From contig NZ_JAAHGX010000014.1 of assembly GCF_010672305.1 (NCBI RefSeq), positions 26,698-90,697 of the forward strand: a DNA stretch of 64,000 nucleotides, given 5' to 3'. The notes beneath the pieces are model-generated. The model made no database searches and had not been told where the DNA came from. It saw nothing but the letters and a program-made list of their open reading frames with translations. The position numbers were made by a program, and so were the translations under genes. This document shows, in pieces, positions 31,032-41,904 of this stretch (positions are counted from its first letter, which is position 1; each line of letters starts with the position of its first letter). This DNA is from Okeania sp. SIO2G5. Its GTDB lineage: Bacteria > Cyanobacteriota > Cyanobacteriia > Cyanobacteriales > Microcoleaceae.

Positions 31032-31326
31032 AAAGAAACGTAAGTATTTAGCCGTCAGCTTTCAGCTCCATTAGAACTAATGACTATAGCCTTTAAAGCA
31101 GAAGTTACCATTGACAGATTTTATCTAATTAAAAATATGAATTAAAAGTTTCCCTAGTAACTTCTAAAGTCTTAAAAAATGCTTACTTCATTTATTAATC
31201 AAGATGAGAGCTGACCACTAATCACTGTTTGTGGAGCATTCAGGCACGGAAATCCTTATACCAATTTCATAAACTTGAGCTACTTAGGTTTGGAGTAGTC
31301 AGTAGTCAGTAGTCAGTAGTCAGGAG

Positions 31327-31350
31327 GTAAGGTGAGTAGCCTTACTTTTT
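31327..31350 (+). terminator. Candidate intrinsic terminator: hairpin GTAAGG-TGAGTAG-CCTTAC followed by T5
   Basis: Direct reading. Immediately follows a (CAGTAGT)x4 heptamer repeat. Confidence 0.35.
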
Positions 31351-31622
31351 GAATTTGGTATTACAAAGAAACAAAGAATATGGAAGAGATAAAAAAGTAG
31401 AAACTTGCTCAATAGACATATAGATATCTCCAGAAAAGAGATAACAGGTAACAGGAAGAAATAATAGAAATCATCAATTATTTCTCCCTACTCCCCTACT
31501 CCCCTACTCCCTGCTCCCTACTCCCTACTCCCTAAATTGGGATTAATCAACCCATTAGCCGTACCAAAAATATTAATTGGACTCTTACCATCAGTAATTA
31601 AAACACTCTGAAGACCAAGCCC

Positions 31623-33179
31623 CTACAACAACCTCGCCTGCATTTCTGGGCCATCTTGAGCGATCGCCCGAATTGTCTCAGCCCCCAAAGCCTCCACTTT
31701 TTGCTGAAACTCAGTAGCAGTAATTTCAGCCATTTGCCTTGCCTTCTCAATCTCTAAATTATTCAGTGTCTGCTGATGGGCTAACTCAGTCTCCTGACGC
31801 GCCCTCAACTGAGCCATCTCAGCCTCATGGCGAATCCGTGCTGCTTCTACTTCCTGCTGCGCCAAATTCACCGCCAACTGGCCTTGAAAAGGAGATAACA
31901 TATAAGCTTGAGGTCCATTGACTAATTTTAGTTCCCCACTTTGAACATCCCGTACATATATACCTTCATTTTTGTCTAGGGGAATAGCCTGAAGTTTTTC
32001 TAATACTTCTAATTCCACTGGGGGAATATAATCTCTTGGCCCAGTAATCATCCATAAATCTCCTGGTTGCCGAGTAATAACGTTTGCTCCTGTTCCCTCG
32101 GTGAAAGTTTCCTCAACTCTGATTAGGAGTGCTTCTTGTTCACCAAGAATATAGACCTTTTTAATTCCTGTTTCTAAATCTTCTCCTGGGTGCAAAAAGA
32201 AAGATGTTCTGCCCTGACGCACTTCTTTCATACCCCACTGCGGTTTACCATCTGCATCTATGGGATTAGTTACTATGCACCATTCGCGATCGCTTAAAGT
32301 AGTGATTTTGACTTCTCCCACTACTTCTTCATAAACGTCGGGAATATGAATTTCAGCATCTGCAAAAGTAACTAACTATTCATCTCCCGCTTTGCGTTGC
32401 TGACCAAAAATATCAGTAAAAGTCCGTTTTGCTTTTAGATGTAGTGCTTGACGTTCGGTTAATACATAGGCATCAATAGTATCGACAATTTCTTCATCTA
32501 CTCCAGGCAAATAAGCACCTTCTTCCCTGACCAACCATTATTCCCCAGTTCTACGTCTGTTACCTTGACGATCTATACAATTTTGTCGTGCCAGCAGTCG
32601 TAAGGCTTGGTTAGGTTTAATTATTTTAGCTATAACTGTGACTACCACTTCAACTTCTACCCTGGGAGTGTAAGTTCCTGGCCCCTCAAATAACCATTCA
32701 TCCCCTGTCGTACGAGTGACAGTTTGAGACTCTCCTGCAACGGTGACTGTATCAGTAAAATCTCGTATTGCTTTGAGACGTAGAGTTTGGTTTGTGTCAA
32801 TTACTTGTAGTTGAGTTACATCTTCTTCGAGTATTTCTCCTGGATATAGTGGGAAAGTGTCTTGAGCAAAGCGAATTTCCAGATCGCCATATTTGAGTCT
32901 AATTTAACCATACTCATCGGCCACAAGTTGATCTGAACTATTTCTTAGTACAGGGTTAGTTACTACACAATAATGGCGAGGTGGAACTACAATTGTCAGT
33001 TGTGGTTGTAAGACTAACCTTTCTGCATCTCCAAGGGTAATGGTTTGAGGGCCTATTTCTAGTCTGGTGACACCAGTGTTATTGTCAAGAACATGAATAT
33101 ACTGTTGTGGCTTCAGGAGAATTATACCATTGTTCTCTATTGTAATTGGATATTCTGTGGTACTTTTTATTTTACTCAT
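31623..33179 (-). pseudogene. Major vault protein (MVP) homolog with vault repeat domains and C-terminal coiled coil, interrupted by three in-frame nonsense codons (TAA 32904-32906, TAA 32538-32540, TAG 32377-32379) and no frameshifts
   Basis: One continuous minus-strand frame of 519 codons. N-terminus YIHVLDNNTGVTRLEIGPQT…VVPPRHYCVVTNPV matches the eukaryotic MVP N-terminus ([20 protein letters not shown]…VPPRHYCTVANPV). Repeat motifs [30 protein letters not shown] and GDE*LVTFADAEIHIPDVYEE are present. The middle region matches …GPDGKNQLG…SFFLQPGEQLEQGIQDVYVL…AIPLDENEGIYV…. C-terminal TIRAIAQDGPEMQARLL matches MVP STIRDLAVAGPEMQVKLL. Segments 2 and 3 lack any Met. Confidence 0.75.
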
Positions 33180-33242
33180 AGTTTAATAGTTTTGTAACTA
33201 GGAATTTTAAGTTATTCATTATCCATTATTAATTATCTCTTA

Positions 33243-35621
33243 CTATCGTCGCCAAATTTTAATAGTTCTGTCTTTACTACCACTAGCAATACTATTACCA
33301 TCAGGACTAAAAGTAACTGTATAAATCTCATCTTTATGCCCGGTCAAAGTACTAACTAATTCTCCTGTTTCTAAATCCCATATCTTAATATTATTATCCT
33401 TACTGCCACTAGCAATATATCGACCATCTTCGCTAATATCAACAGATACAACTTCAGCAGTATGACCAAGAATAGTTTTGATTAATTCTCCTGTTTTTAA
33501 GCTCCAAATTTTAATAGTATTATCGTAACTCCCACTCACTATTTTTTCCCCATCTGGACTAATATCAACAGACCTAATTACTCCTTCATGTCCAGTCAAT
33601 GTATTAATTAATTCTCCAGTATATAAATCTTCAATTTTTATAGTTTGATCTGCACTACCACTAACCAATATTCTGCCGTCAGGACTAATAGCAATAGAAT
33701 AAACTACATCTGAGTGATCGGGGAAATTAAAAATTAAGAAACCTGTTTCTAAATCCCAAACTTTAACTGTTTTATCTCCACTAGCACTAGCAATTGTTTG
33801 ATTATCAGAACTCATAGCAACTGACCAAACAGGTGCCCAATGTTCAAATACTCGAAATAATTCTCCTGTTTCCAAATTCCAGATCATTACTCTCCAATCA
33901 TAAGTACCTACCACTAATTTAGTACCATTATTATTCAAAGCAACTGACCAAATTGGAGAATCATCTGCAGCTAATGTGTTGATAACTTTTCCTGTAGGAA
34001 CTTCTAAAATTTTTACCGTTGTGTCTCTACTTCCAGTAACTAAAGTTTTGCCATTAGAACTAAATGCAAGAGTACCTATAGAAGCATTAAACCTAGACAA
34101 ATCTTCAACTTGATAATTCTGCCAATTTATACCTTGTTGACAATTTTGTAAAAGAGATTGAGCTTCAGCAAAAATGCTAGATTTTTCACTAATTAAAGTT
34201 CCTTGATTAATACATTCTTCATAGTTGCGCTCTATGTATAAGTTTTTTACAAAATTAAATTTTGCCGATTCTTGTTCTTGCTGTTGTAATACTTGTTGTT
34301 GACGTAATTGTAAATAATTTTGGAATTTAAGATATCTATATATAGCAAAGATTATTACAATTAAGGTAGCGATAAATCCTAAAATCAACTGCCAGTTAAA
34401 AGATGATTGTTTGTTATTATTGCTAAATATTTTTTTAAATTTAGTAAGTAGAGATTTTGGTAAAACTCTGTTTTCTATTAATTCTATATCTTCTTGAGTT
34501 AGTCCTAAAATTTGCTGTAGACGCTCTAACTCCTGGCGAGTTTCTTGACTAAAAGGATATTCTTCCTGAATCGCAGCTTTTAATGTTTCTTCATATCTTT
34601 CTCCTTTCATCCGATATTTACGGTAAGGATTTAATACTTCATCCTCAATTATTTCCGTTTCTTCCCGGGAGAGTTCTAAACTTTCTCTAAGTTCATCTAA
34701 AATTCTTCTCCCGACAATAGAAATATCTCCTCTATCGCTAGCTCGACGAATAACCTCTTCCCGATAAATTTCTTTATTATCTGTAGCGAAACTTGGAAAC
34801 TCATTAATTTTTTTTAAATCTGCTATAACTTCTGCTGCTGACTGGTAACGTTCGTGAAAGTTATAGCGCACCATTTTATCTAAAATATCTGCTAGAGAAG
34901 TAGAACAATTTGTTAGGTATCGCCAAAAAATCTCTTTTTTTTCACCATTTTCATTATCCTTTAGTTTCGATAATTCGCTGCTAGGCAATCCCGTAATTGC
35001 CTGAATGCCAATCATTCCTAAAGCATAAATATCACTATTGAATTGGGGATTATATTCAAATTGTTCAATTGGCATATATTCCATTGTGCCAATCCTAGCT
35101 GTACGATTTTGCTGACCAATATTAATTTCTTTAACAGCTCCAAAATCAATTAATACTAATTGATTATCCGATTTTCTTCTAATTAAATTAGCAGGCTTAA
35201 TATCTCGATGAATAACACTATTTTCATGCACAAATACTAAAATTTCTAATACTTCATTGAGAATTAAAATTACTTGTTTTTCAGATAGGGGTTTACCTGG
35301 TAATATTTCATTGTCTAAAGATTGACCAGGAATAAAAGATTGAACTAGAAAAAACTCTCGATCTTCTTCAAAATATGCAAGTAGTTTAGGAATTCGATCA
35401 TGTTGAGAAAGCTTTTCTAGCATCTGTGCTTCTTTTTGAAATCGATCGCGAACGATATTAATTAATCTTCGATCATAAATACTTGGTTGCAGATGCTTAA
35501 TAAAACATTGTGCTTCTCCAGGACGACGAATGTCTAAGGCCAGATAAGCATGGCCAATTTCCCCTGATTCAATAATTTTAATAATTTGATAGCGTCCATC
35601 TAAAATATTACCAATCATCAT
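33243..35621 (-). CDS. Ser/Thr protein kinase with TM segment and C-terminal WD40 beta-propeller
   Basis: 792 aa. Kinase subdomains (…HRDIKPANLI…DFG…), a helical linker, a TM helix (LILGFIATLIVIIFAIY), then at least 7 WD40 repeats (…GSRDTTVKI…SGDKTVKVWDL…SGSADQTIKI…SGSYDNTIKIWSL…SGSKDNNIKIWDL…SGSKDRTIKIW). Confidence 0.9.
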   Translation of the reverse strand: MMIGNILDGRYQIIKIIESGEIGHAYLALDIRRPGEAQCFIKHLQPSIYDRRLINIVRDRFQKEAQMLEKLSQHDRIPKLLAYFEEDREFFLVQSFIPGQSLDNEILPGKPLSEKQVILILNEVLEILVFVHENSVIHRDIKPANLIRRKSDNQLVLIDFGAVKEINIGQQNRTARIGTMEYMPIEQFEYNPQFNSDIYALGMIGIQAITGLPSSELSKLKDNENGEKKEIFWRYLTNCSTSLADILDKMVRYNFHERYQSAAEVIADLKKINEFPSFATDNKEIYREEVIRRASDRGDISIVGRRILDELRESLELSREETEIIEDEVLNPYRKYRMKGERYEETLKAAIQEEYPFSQETRQELERLQQILGLTQEDIELIENRVLPKSLLTKFKKIFSNNNKQSSFNWQLILGFIATLIVIIFAIYRYLKFQNYLQLRQQQVLQQQEQESAKFNFVKNLYIERNYEECINQGTLISEKSSIFAEAQSLLQNCQQGINWQNYQVEDLSRFNASIGTLAFSSNGKTLVTGSRDTTVKILEVPTGKVINTLAADDSPIWSVALNNNGTKLVVGTYDWRVMIWNLETGELFRVFEHWAPVWSVAMSSDNQTIASASGDKTVKVWDLETGFLIFNFPDHSDVVYSIAISPDGRILVSGSADQTIKIEDLYTGELINTLTGHEGVIRSVDISPDGEKIVSGSYDNTIKIWSLKTGELIKTILGHTAEVVSVDISEDGRYIASGSKDNNIKIWDLETGELVSTLTGHKDEIYTVTFSPDGNSIASGSKDRTIKIWRR

Positions 35622-35933
35622 TATTGTGGTAGAGCCTTTTTTAGTTGATTATGGCATGAAACAATTTACTCATTTTGACATCTACAATTATAAAAAAAAT
35701 AGTTTTAATTAAGAATATTTTCCTGATTCCAAAACTGAAAATTAGAAGTTTAATTGTAACCCTTAATCATTAATTGATAGAGATATGTTACTCCAGAACA
35801 CAAATTAATTCTGATAAAAAGTGTAATATAGAAACCAAAATAATAATTTTGGCCACTCAAAACAAAAGCACAATTTTAACAGTGCTATCATAGACAGAAG
35901 CAAAGCTAAAATCAGGTATAGGGAGTTAAGTGG

Positions 35934-36383
35934 ATGAGCCATGAAATAATAGCAATTAGGAGACCTGTTAGACCAAAACAGCCTATTGAGCCAAATTCTC
36001 CAAAGGAGGCGCTTCACGAACAAATTGAGTCAAAAGTAGAAAAACCAAATTCAATAAAAAATAGCCCCTCATCAAGAACAGAAGGTACGAATGAAAGGCA
36101 ATTAGGAAAACCAATAAGTAAATCAGAAAGACCCAAAAAACCAGGAAAACCAAAGCTAAAAGAATCTATCCAACAAGTCACCAATGCTAACGGAAAAGTT
36201 TTTAGTTCGGGGGATAAGATTTTAGTATCAGCACCCTGGAGTAGTATTGTAGAAGCTGAAATTACGGGTTTTTATAAAAGTCCTGGAGGTTCAATCTGGG
36301 CAATTTTTCTTCCCCAAGAATCTCTACCTAAGTGGAAGTGGGAAAAAGGTTGCATCCGAGCTGAATTATTAAAACAAGCATAA
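35934..36383 (+). CDS. hypothetical protein with a basic, low-complexity N-terminal half
   Basis: 149 aa open frame. No homolog recognised. Confidence 0.35.
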   Translation: MSHEIIAIRRPVRPKQPIEPNSPKEALHEQIESKVEKPNSIKNSPSSRTEGTNERQLGKPISKSERPKKPGKPKLKESIQQVTNANGKVFSSGDKILVSAPWSSIVEAEITGFYKSPGGSIWAIFLPQESLPKWKWEKGCIRAELLKQA

Positions 36384-36835
36384 TTAAGGCAAAAAAAATC
36401 TTAAATTCAGGATAATTTAGCATCTAAAAAAAATCCTAAAAAATATAACAGGATGATTTGGGTTGTGTAGAAAATATCCTGAATCAAATTAAGAGGAAAC
36501 AGGGAAAAAATATCCTGAATAAAGGGAGGGGGGAGAGGATATATTTTAAACTTTTCTCCTGTTCCATAAATATTTAATCAAACTTGATATAACTGATACT
36601 AAATCTGATTTAGATAGGTTACTTGTTAAGGTAGTAAATATTTATCCAAATGGTTAAATTCAAACAAATCAATTTCTTAAAGTGCTGAAAGTGTTAGTTT
36701 TTCAGGAGTTAATTCTTGAGCAAATTGGAAAACAAAATTTTCTTGCTGTTTAGTTTCTATTGTGTATTGAAGAGTTTCTCTGACCTTAGCGATCGCCTCA
36801 CTATCAGTTCCGGTGCTCCCTACTCCCTCTCTTGG

Positions 36836-36995
36836 TGAGCGTTCCTTGCCTTGGTCGATTGGATATGGCGTTAGCGCAACGGATCTGCCAGAGCGGGTTT
36901 CCTCGCCATTTCACCCTACGGGAAGCTCCAAAGATCGACCGCTTGCGTCTGTCGCACCCCGCGGGGTCGCACCGCTGCTCCCTACTCCCTAAATT
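36836..36995. repeat. GC-rich structured element with inverted-repeat arms around the core …GGCGTTAGCGCAACGGATCTGCCAGAGCGGGTTTCCTCGCCAT…
   Basis: Arms CTTGGTCGATTGGATATGG and CTCCAAAGATCGACCGCTTGCG. A related copy at 61975-62058 carries the reverse-complemented arms. Diverged fragments (GCGCTAACAGAGGATCTGCCTCCGAG) occur again at about 37160-37230. Flanked by CTCCCTACTCCCT heptamer repeats. Confidence 0.45.
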
Positions 36996-37434
36996 TTTGA
37001 TTGTGGTTATTCAAACAGACATGATATAATAGTAAAAATCCTTAAAAAAAATTTAGAGACGCGATCGCCCACATCTCTAAAATTACTATTCGACTATTTC
37101 AGCCAGAATTGATATCCTCTCGACGTTGCGCTTAGGCGACAACGTGGGATTCCTAACCATCACTGATTAGGTTTTTCTGTTCCCTCTTGCCTCCTCCGGA
37201 GGAGCTGCGCTAACAGAGGATCTGCCTCCGAGGTCTTTCCCTCTTTTTGGTCTTAAGGTCGCTCCACAGTACGTCACCAATCCGATGGCTCCCCTAGACA
37301 CTGCTAGCCCAGTAGCCTCAATTTAAGTATTATAGCACATGGTTTGAAAAAAACCCAATATTGATTGGTTTTCCCATAGGATTATCCCGCACTCTCCTGA
37401 GGGCGGGTCTTCAACCAACGTTGAAATAAGTAAC

Positions 37435-38919
37435 TTAATTATTGCGTGACACAGAAGCCTCTTCTACAAAATTGTCACCATCTCTCCTCTGATTTTTAGG
37501 AGAAGGTTTTTGATGACGAATCTTCGGTGAGCGTGGCTTTGGCTTTGGCTTCGGAGTTTCATAGACAGGGATTTCTTCCTCCTGAGCATAATCAGGCCCC
37601 ATCCAAGCAGGACGAGTTTCATCATAAGCTATTTGTAAAGCTGCTGCAGCGATCGCATGGGGGTCATACTCTTCACCCAACTGAGCAATCAATGGTAAGA
37701 AAGAAGCCATTCGTTCCCCACTCAGAGCATCTCGTACCTTATTCTGTAACTTCTGCAACTGTCGGGCTTCAATTTGAGACCGCTTAGGAATCGAGCGAGT
37801 ATCCAAACGTTGACGTAGATGACGTTCTATCAACCGTAACTTCCGCTTATCTAAAGGATTAATTAACGAAATCGCTGTACCTTCACGACCTGCACGACCT
37901 GTACGACCAATACGGTGAACATAATTTTCCACACTATCAGGTAAATCGTAGTTAATCACATGAGTTAAGTGGTCCACATCTAAACCACGAGCTGCAATAT
38001 CAGTTGCCACTACCCAACGTACTTGTTGATTACGAAAGCGACTTAGCAACCGTTCTCGTTGGGATTGATTCAAGTTACCATGATATTCATCAACACTATG
38101 ACCTGCTGACTGTAATTGGTTTGTTAGTTCAGCCGCTGCTTGCCTTGTCCGCACAAATATCAAAGCTGCTTCTGGGTCTTCGAGTTCTAGAACTGGCTGT
38201 AAGGCTTTAGCTTTCGGCCAACCACGAGGCACCATGTAAGCAATCTGAGAAATTCGCTTCGGAGTTGTCTTTTGTTGAGCAACTTTGACTGTTACTGGCG
38301 ATCGCAAATATTTATTCACCAGTTTCTTGATTGAGTAGTCCATGGTAGCAGAGAAGAAAGCTGTTTGATGTTCAGTGGGTGCTGCATCCAAAATTCTTTC
38401 TACATCCTGAATAAAACCCATACTCAACATTTCGTCAGCTTCGTCTAAAACCATCATTTTCAAACTATCTAGTTTTAAACTATTGCGACTCAGCATATCC
38501 AGAATCCGTCCTGGCGTTCCAACTACGATATGAACACCTCTTTGAAGGCGCTGAATCTGACGTTCAATAGATTGACCGCCATAAACAGTTAAGACCTGTA
38601 ATCGATGTTTCGTTGGACTCTTGTTATCCAAACCAGCAATTTGACGAATCGCTTCTGTAACTTGCAGCGCTAACTCACGAGTGGGAGTCAAAATCAAAGC
38701 TTGAACTGCCTTTGTCTCCAGGTCAATTCTCTCCAATATGGGTAACGAAAACGCTGCGGTTTTACCTGTTCCTGTTTGGGCTTGACCTACAATATCGGTT
38801 CCTGCCAGCAAATGAGGTATTGCTTGGACTTGAATCGGAGTAGGTTCAGTAAAACCAATTGTTTCCAGATGATTTACACGCTCTTGTGAAATTCCTAAAT
38901 TTGCAAACGATAAATCCAT
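37435..38919 (-). CDS. DEAD-box ATP-dependent RNA helicase (CrhR/DeaD-like)
   Basis: Probable start is MDLSFANLGISQ… with an AGGAG Shine-Dalgarno 8 nt upstream (the ORF track extends a further 15 codons upstream). Q-motif (…FTEPTPIQ), Walker A AQTGTGKT, DEAD box (VLDEADEM), SAT, HRIGRTGR, and a basic C-terminal tail. Confidence 0.9.
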   Translation of the reverse strand: MDLSFANLGISQERVNHLETIGFTEPTPIQVQAIPHLLAGTDIVGQAQTGTGKTAAFSLPILERIDLETKAVQALILTPTRELALQVTEAIRQIAGLDNKSPTKHRLQVLTVYGGQSIERQIQRLQRGVHIVVGTPGRILDMLSRNSLKLDSLKMMVLDEADEMLSMGFIQDVERILDAAPTEHQTAFFSATMDYSIKKLVNKYLRSPVTVKVAQQKTTPKRISQIAYMVPRGWPKAKALQPVLELEDPEAALIFVRTRQAAAELTNQLQSAGHSVDEYHGNLNQSQRERLLSRFRNQQVRWVVATDIAARGLDVDHLTHVINYDLPDSVENYVHRIGRTGRAGREGTAISLINPLDKRKLRLIERHLRQRLDTRSIPKRSQIEARQLQKLQNKVRDALSGERMASFLPLIAQLGEEYDPHAIAAAALQIAYDETRPAWMGPDYAQEEEIPVYETPKPKPKPRSPKIRHQKPSPKNQRRDGDNFVEEASVSRNN

Positions 38920-39222
38920 TAATTCTCCTAAGTAAATTATTTGACATCTGGTTTTGTTACCCAACTTGGAGGCAGATTTATGCTCAACTATAGCTGCTTA
39001 TCAGCCCTTGCTCACGATAAACCTGTAGTTATTTGGTAGGGCAATGCCTTTGCCAATCACAGTCTCTACTAAACTGATAGCATTAGAGTTAGTAGCTAAA
39101 ATTTTAGTAGTGTCTGTGTGTTCTTAACGGCTAGGTTTTAACCTGAAGATCGACGACAGAATTAAAGGCAAAATGCCTGTTCCTTTTCTCCCTAGTTGGG
39201 TATAGTGAAGTACCTGCTGCTC

Positions 39223-39339
39223 TATAAAACTGGTACAAAGCGTCACATAAAGTGACAAATTGACGTTTACTTCTTGCTTCAACTGAGGCCGTCGGCGGTT
39301 ACTCATCCACAAGTATTTACGGTCGAGCCGACCGCATCT
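39223..39339 (+). repeat. Copy B of the roughly 120-bp dispersed element (see 9954-10077)
   Basis: CTGCTCTATAAAACTGGTACAAAGCGTCACATAAAGTGACAAATTGACGTTTACTTCTTGCTTCAACTGAGGCCGTCGGCGGTTACTCATCCACAAG…CCGCATCT. Confidence 0.6.
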
Positions 39340-40268
39340 CTCAAATTTATACTGGCGTTTAAATCTCCTCAAAAGGAGAATCCACGCAGCCACCCTGCTT
39401 CTCAAGGCGGATAAATTCTGATTTTTTTTGTAGAGGCTTTCCGATTTTACAGGCAGACAAACATGAACATTATTAAGTTATGTAGTTTGTCTGATTACCT
39501 GAACTACCGCTAGTACATATACTAGAAAATTTACATTGTTTCTAAGACCTTTTAAGTAGGTCAGGCAGGTTATCAACCACTACAATATCAACAATATAAG
39601 GATAAAGATATAGAGATTACTACCATCTCACAGATGTCAATCTCAGGAATTTTAAACCCCTGTGATTGAGCCTTCTTTCGTCTCACTCTTAAACCTATGG
39701 CTATAGACAGGAATTTCCTAGAGGGACTTTTTCCCAAAGATTAGAGCCTATATTTGGCGATCATTAAGCTGTTGTATATATCAAGTTATCGTTGGACAAA
39801 GGAAGAAAAAATGACCTTAATTTTGAGGTTTTCCATGTCCCCGCATATCTACCTAAGTTCCCGTAGGTATTTTATGATACTTAACAGCTTGCTTTGGGTA
39901 CCTTGTCTTTATCTTCATAATCATTAACATAATAACAAATGACTTAACATTTGCCACATTTATTACATATTTTCCTGGAATTAACTTAATTTTTTAGATT
40001 TTGTACATTGATGTAGAGGTTTTGGGACATTATACACTTTTTACAGAAGTTACTTAAAAGTGATACAGGCGTTACATATAAAGTCTGTAAAGCAATCAAA
40101 GTTAAGAATAATTTCTGATGTATATATTGTAATGTGTTAAGATTTTAAGTTGGGCAAGAAGTCTAGTATAGTTTATATCTTCATAAGTATCATTTAGTTG
40201 CAAGACTTTATGTGTCTAATGATGCTTTGGCAATCCCTAAAAATTTACCCTACACTTCAACTGAATGA

Positions 40269-41600
40269 CTAATTGCTTGATTTACTCAAATCTACATAAC
40301 CATACAAATCGTAAACATCTGCATCTGTAATCATCACTGGCACAATTGAACCCAAACGAGCTTTACCTTGGAGATAAACAAGTCCATCCACTTCTGGAGA
40401 AAACCGTGGTGACCTACCAATCAACTCTCCTGTCTGAGGATTTTCCTGTTCAATCAGTACATCAACTACTTGTCCCACTGATTTTTGATTCTGTTTCCCA
40501 GATATGGGCTGCTGGACTTGCATAATTTCTTCTCTGCGGGCCTCCATCACCGCTTTGGGTAACTGATTAGGCAAAGTATAGGCGGGTGTTCCTTCTTCTG
40601 GAGAAAAAGTAAATACCCCAACATGATCAAACTCGTGGCGCTTGACAAATTCTACTAAATGTGCATGATGCTCTTCCGTTTCACCAGGGAAGCCCACTAT
40701 AAAGGTTGTCCGCAACACGGCATTGGGCATAGCTGCTTTTATTTTTTCGATTATATCATCATTAACCCGACCTTGCCAAGGTCTATTCATGGCCTGCAAT
40801 ATTTGGGGATGAGAATGTTGTAAAGGCAAGTCTAGATAGGGTAAAATATTGGGAGTTTCTTGAATAGCAGCTATTACTTTGGGAGTCAAACCTGTAGGAT
40901 AGGCATAGTGCATTCTAATCCAGGGTATATCAACTTTTCCTAGGGCGCGGAGAAGTTCGGCGAGTTTGGGTTCGCCATAAATATCGATTCCATAGTTAGT
41001 GGTTATTTGGGAGATGAGGATGATTTCTTTTACCCCTTGGTCTGCTAGTTGTTGAGCTTCAGTGACAATAGATTCTATGGTGCGCGATCGCTGATTTCCT
41101 CGTAGATGAGGAATAATACAAAAAGCACAACGATAATCACAACCTTCAGCTATTCGCACATAAGCAACTCCTTCGGATGTGGTGCGGTAACGTGGGGTTG
41201 TTTCATCGGCAATATAGGTGGGTTGAGGGGAGACTTCTGTGACGCGATCGCCTTTTTCTACCCGTTGCATCACATCAACTATTTTATGATAATCACCAGT
41301 CCCCACAACTGCTACTGCTTCTGGTAACTCTGCAAGTAATTCTTCTTGGAAGTGTTGCGCCATACAACCTGCGATGACTATTTTTTTGTTAGCTTCTGCT
41401 AATTCTACCAAAGTACGAACAGATTCTTCTCTGGCAGTTTGAATAAAACTACAGGTGTTAACGACTACATAATCTGCTAATTCTTCGTTAGCATCTACTT
41501 GATAACCCGCTTGTGCTAGTAAACCTATGATATGTTCGGTATCGATACGATTTTTTTCGCACCCTAAGTGAGAGAATGAAATGGTAGGTTTTGTAGACAT
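40269..41600 (-). CDS. rimO: ribosomal protein S12 methylthiotransferase (radical-SAM MiaB family)
   Basis: 443 aa. MTTase N-terminal domain (…[12 protein letters not shown]…NTCSFI), radical-SAM CxxxCxxC ([11 protein letters not shown]), C-terminal TRAM domain. Spacing and length are RimO-like. Confidence 0.9.
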   Translation of the reverse strand: MSTKPTISFSHLGCEKNRIDTEHIIGLLAQAGYQVDANEELADYVVVNTCSFIQTAREESVRTLVELAEANKKIVIAGCMAQHFQEELLAELPEAVAVVGTGDYHKIVDVMQRVEKGDRVTEVSPQPTYIADETTPRYRTTSEGVAYVRIAEGCDYRCAFCIIPHLRGNQRSRTIESIVTEAQQLADQGVKEIILISQITTNYGIDIYGEPKLAELLRALGKVDIPWIRMHYAYPTGLTPKVIAAIQETPNILPYLDLPLQHSHPQILQAMNRPWQGRVNDDIIEKIKAAMPNAVLRTTFIVGFPGETEEHHAHLVEFVKRHEFDHVGVFTFSPEEGTPAYTLPNQLPKAVMEARREEIMQVQQPISGKQNQKSVGQVVDVLIEQENPQTGELIGRSPRFSPEVDGLVYLQGKARLGSIVPVMITDADVYDLYGYVDLSKSSN

Positions 41601-41904
41601 TTAGAGTTCTGAGTTATTAATTTTGATCGGGAATAGTCTTTATAATATAGCATATTACCTATGGCCAAATAAGGTATGGCAGTCGAAGGAAAGGGTGCGA
41701 ACAGATCGAGAGCTTAAAACTCAGACAACACAATATTTTTTCTTTTTCCTTCTTCCTTCTTTACTTCTTCCTTCTTCTTTCTGCTATAAAGCAAGTCAAA
41801 GGTCTTAAACAGACAAAAACTGGCATTAAATCCTAGAATTTGGCATCTGCCAGTCGAAAAATAAGAGTTAAAAATTAATATTGATTTTGTGAAGAAGTTC
41901 AAAG

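Noticed and set aside
36384-37434. Retron or other reverse-transcriptase-associated ncRNA in the structured 1-kb spacer
   Set aside because: There is no reverse-transcriptase ORF anywhere nearby. The structures are better explained as members of a dispersed repeat family.
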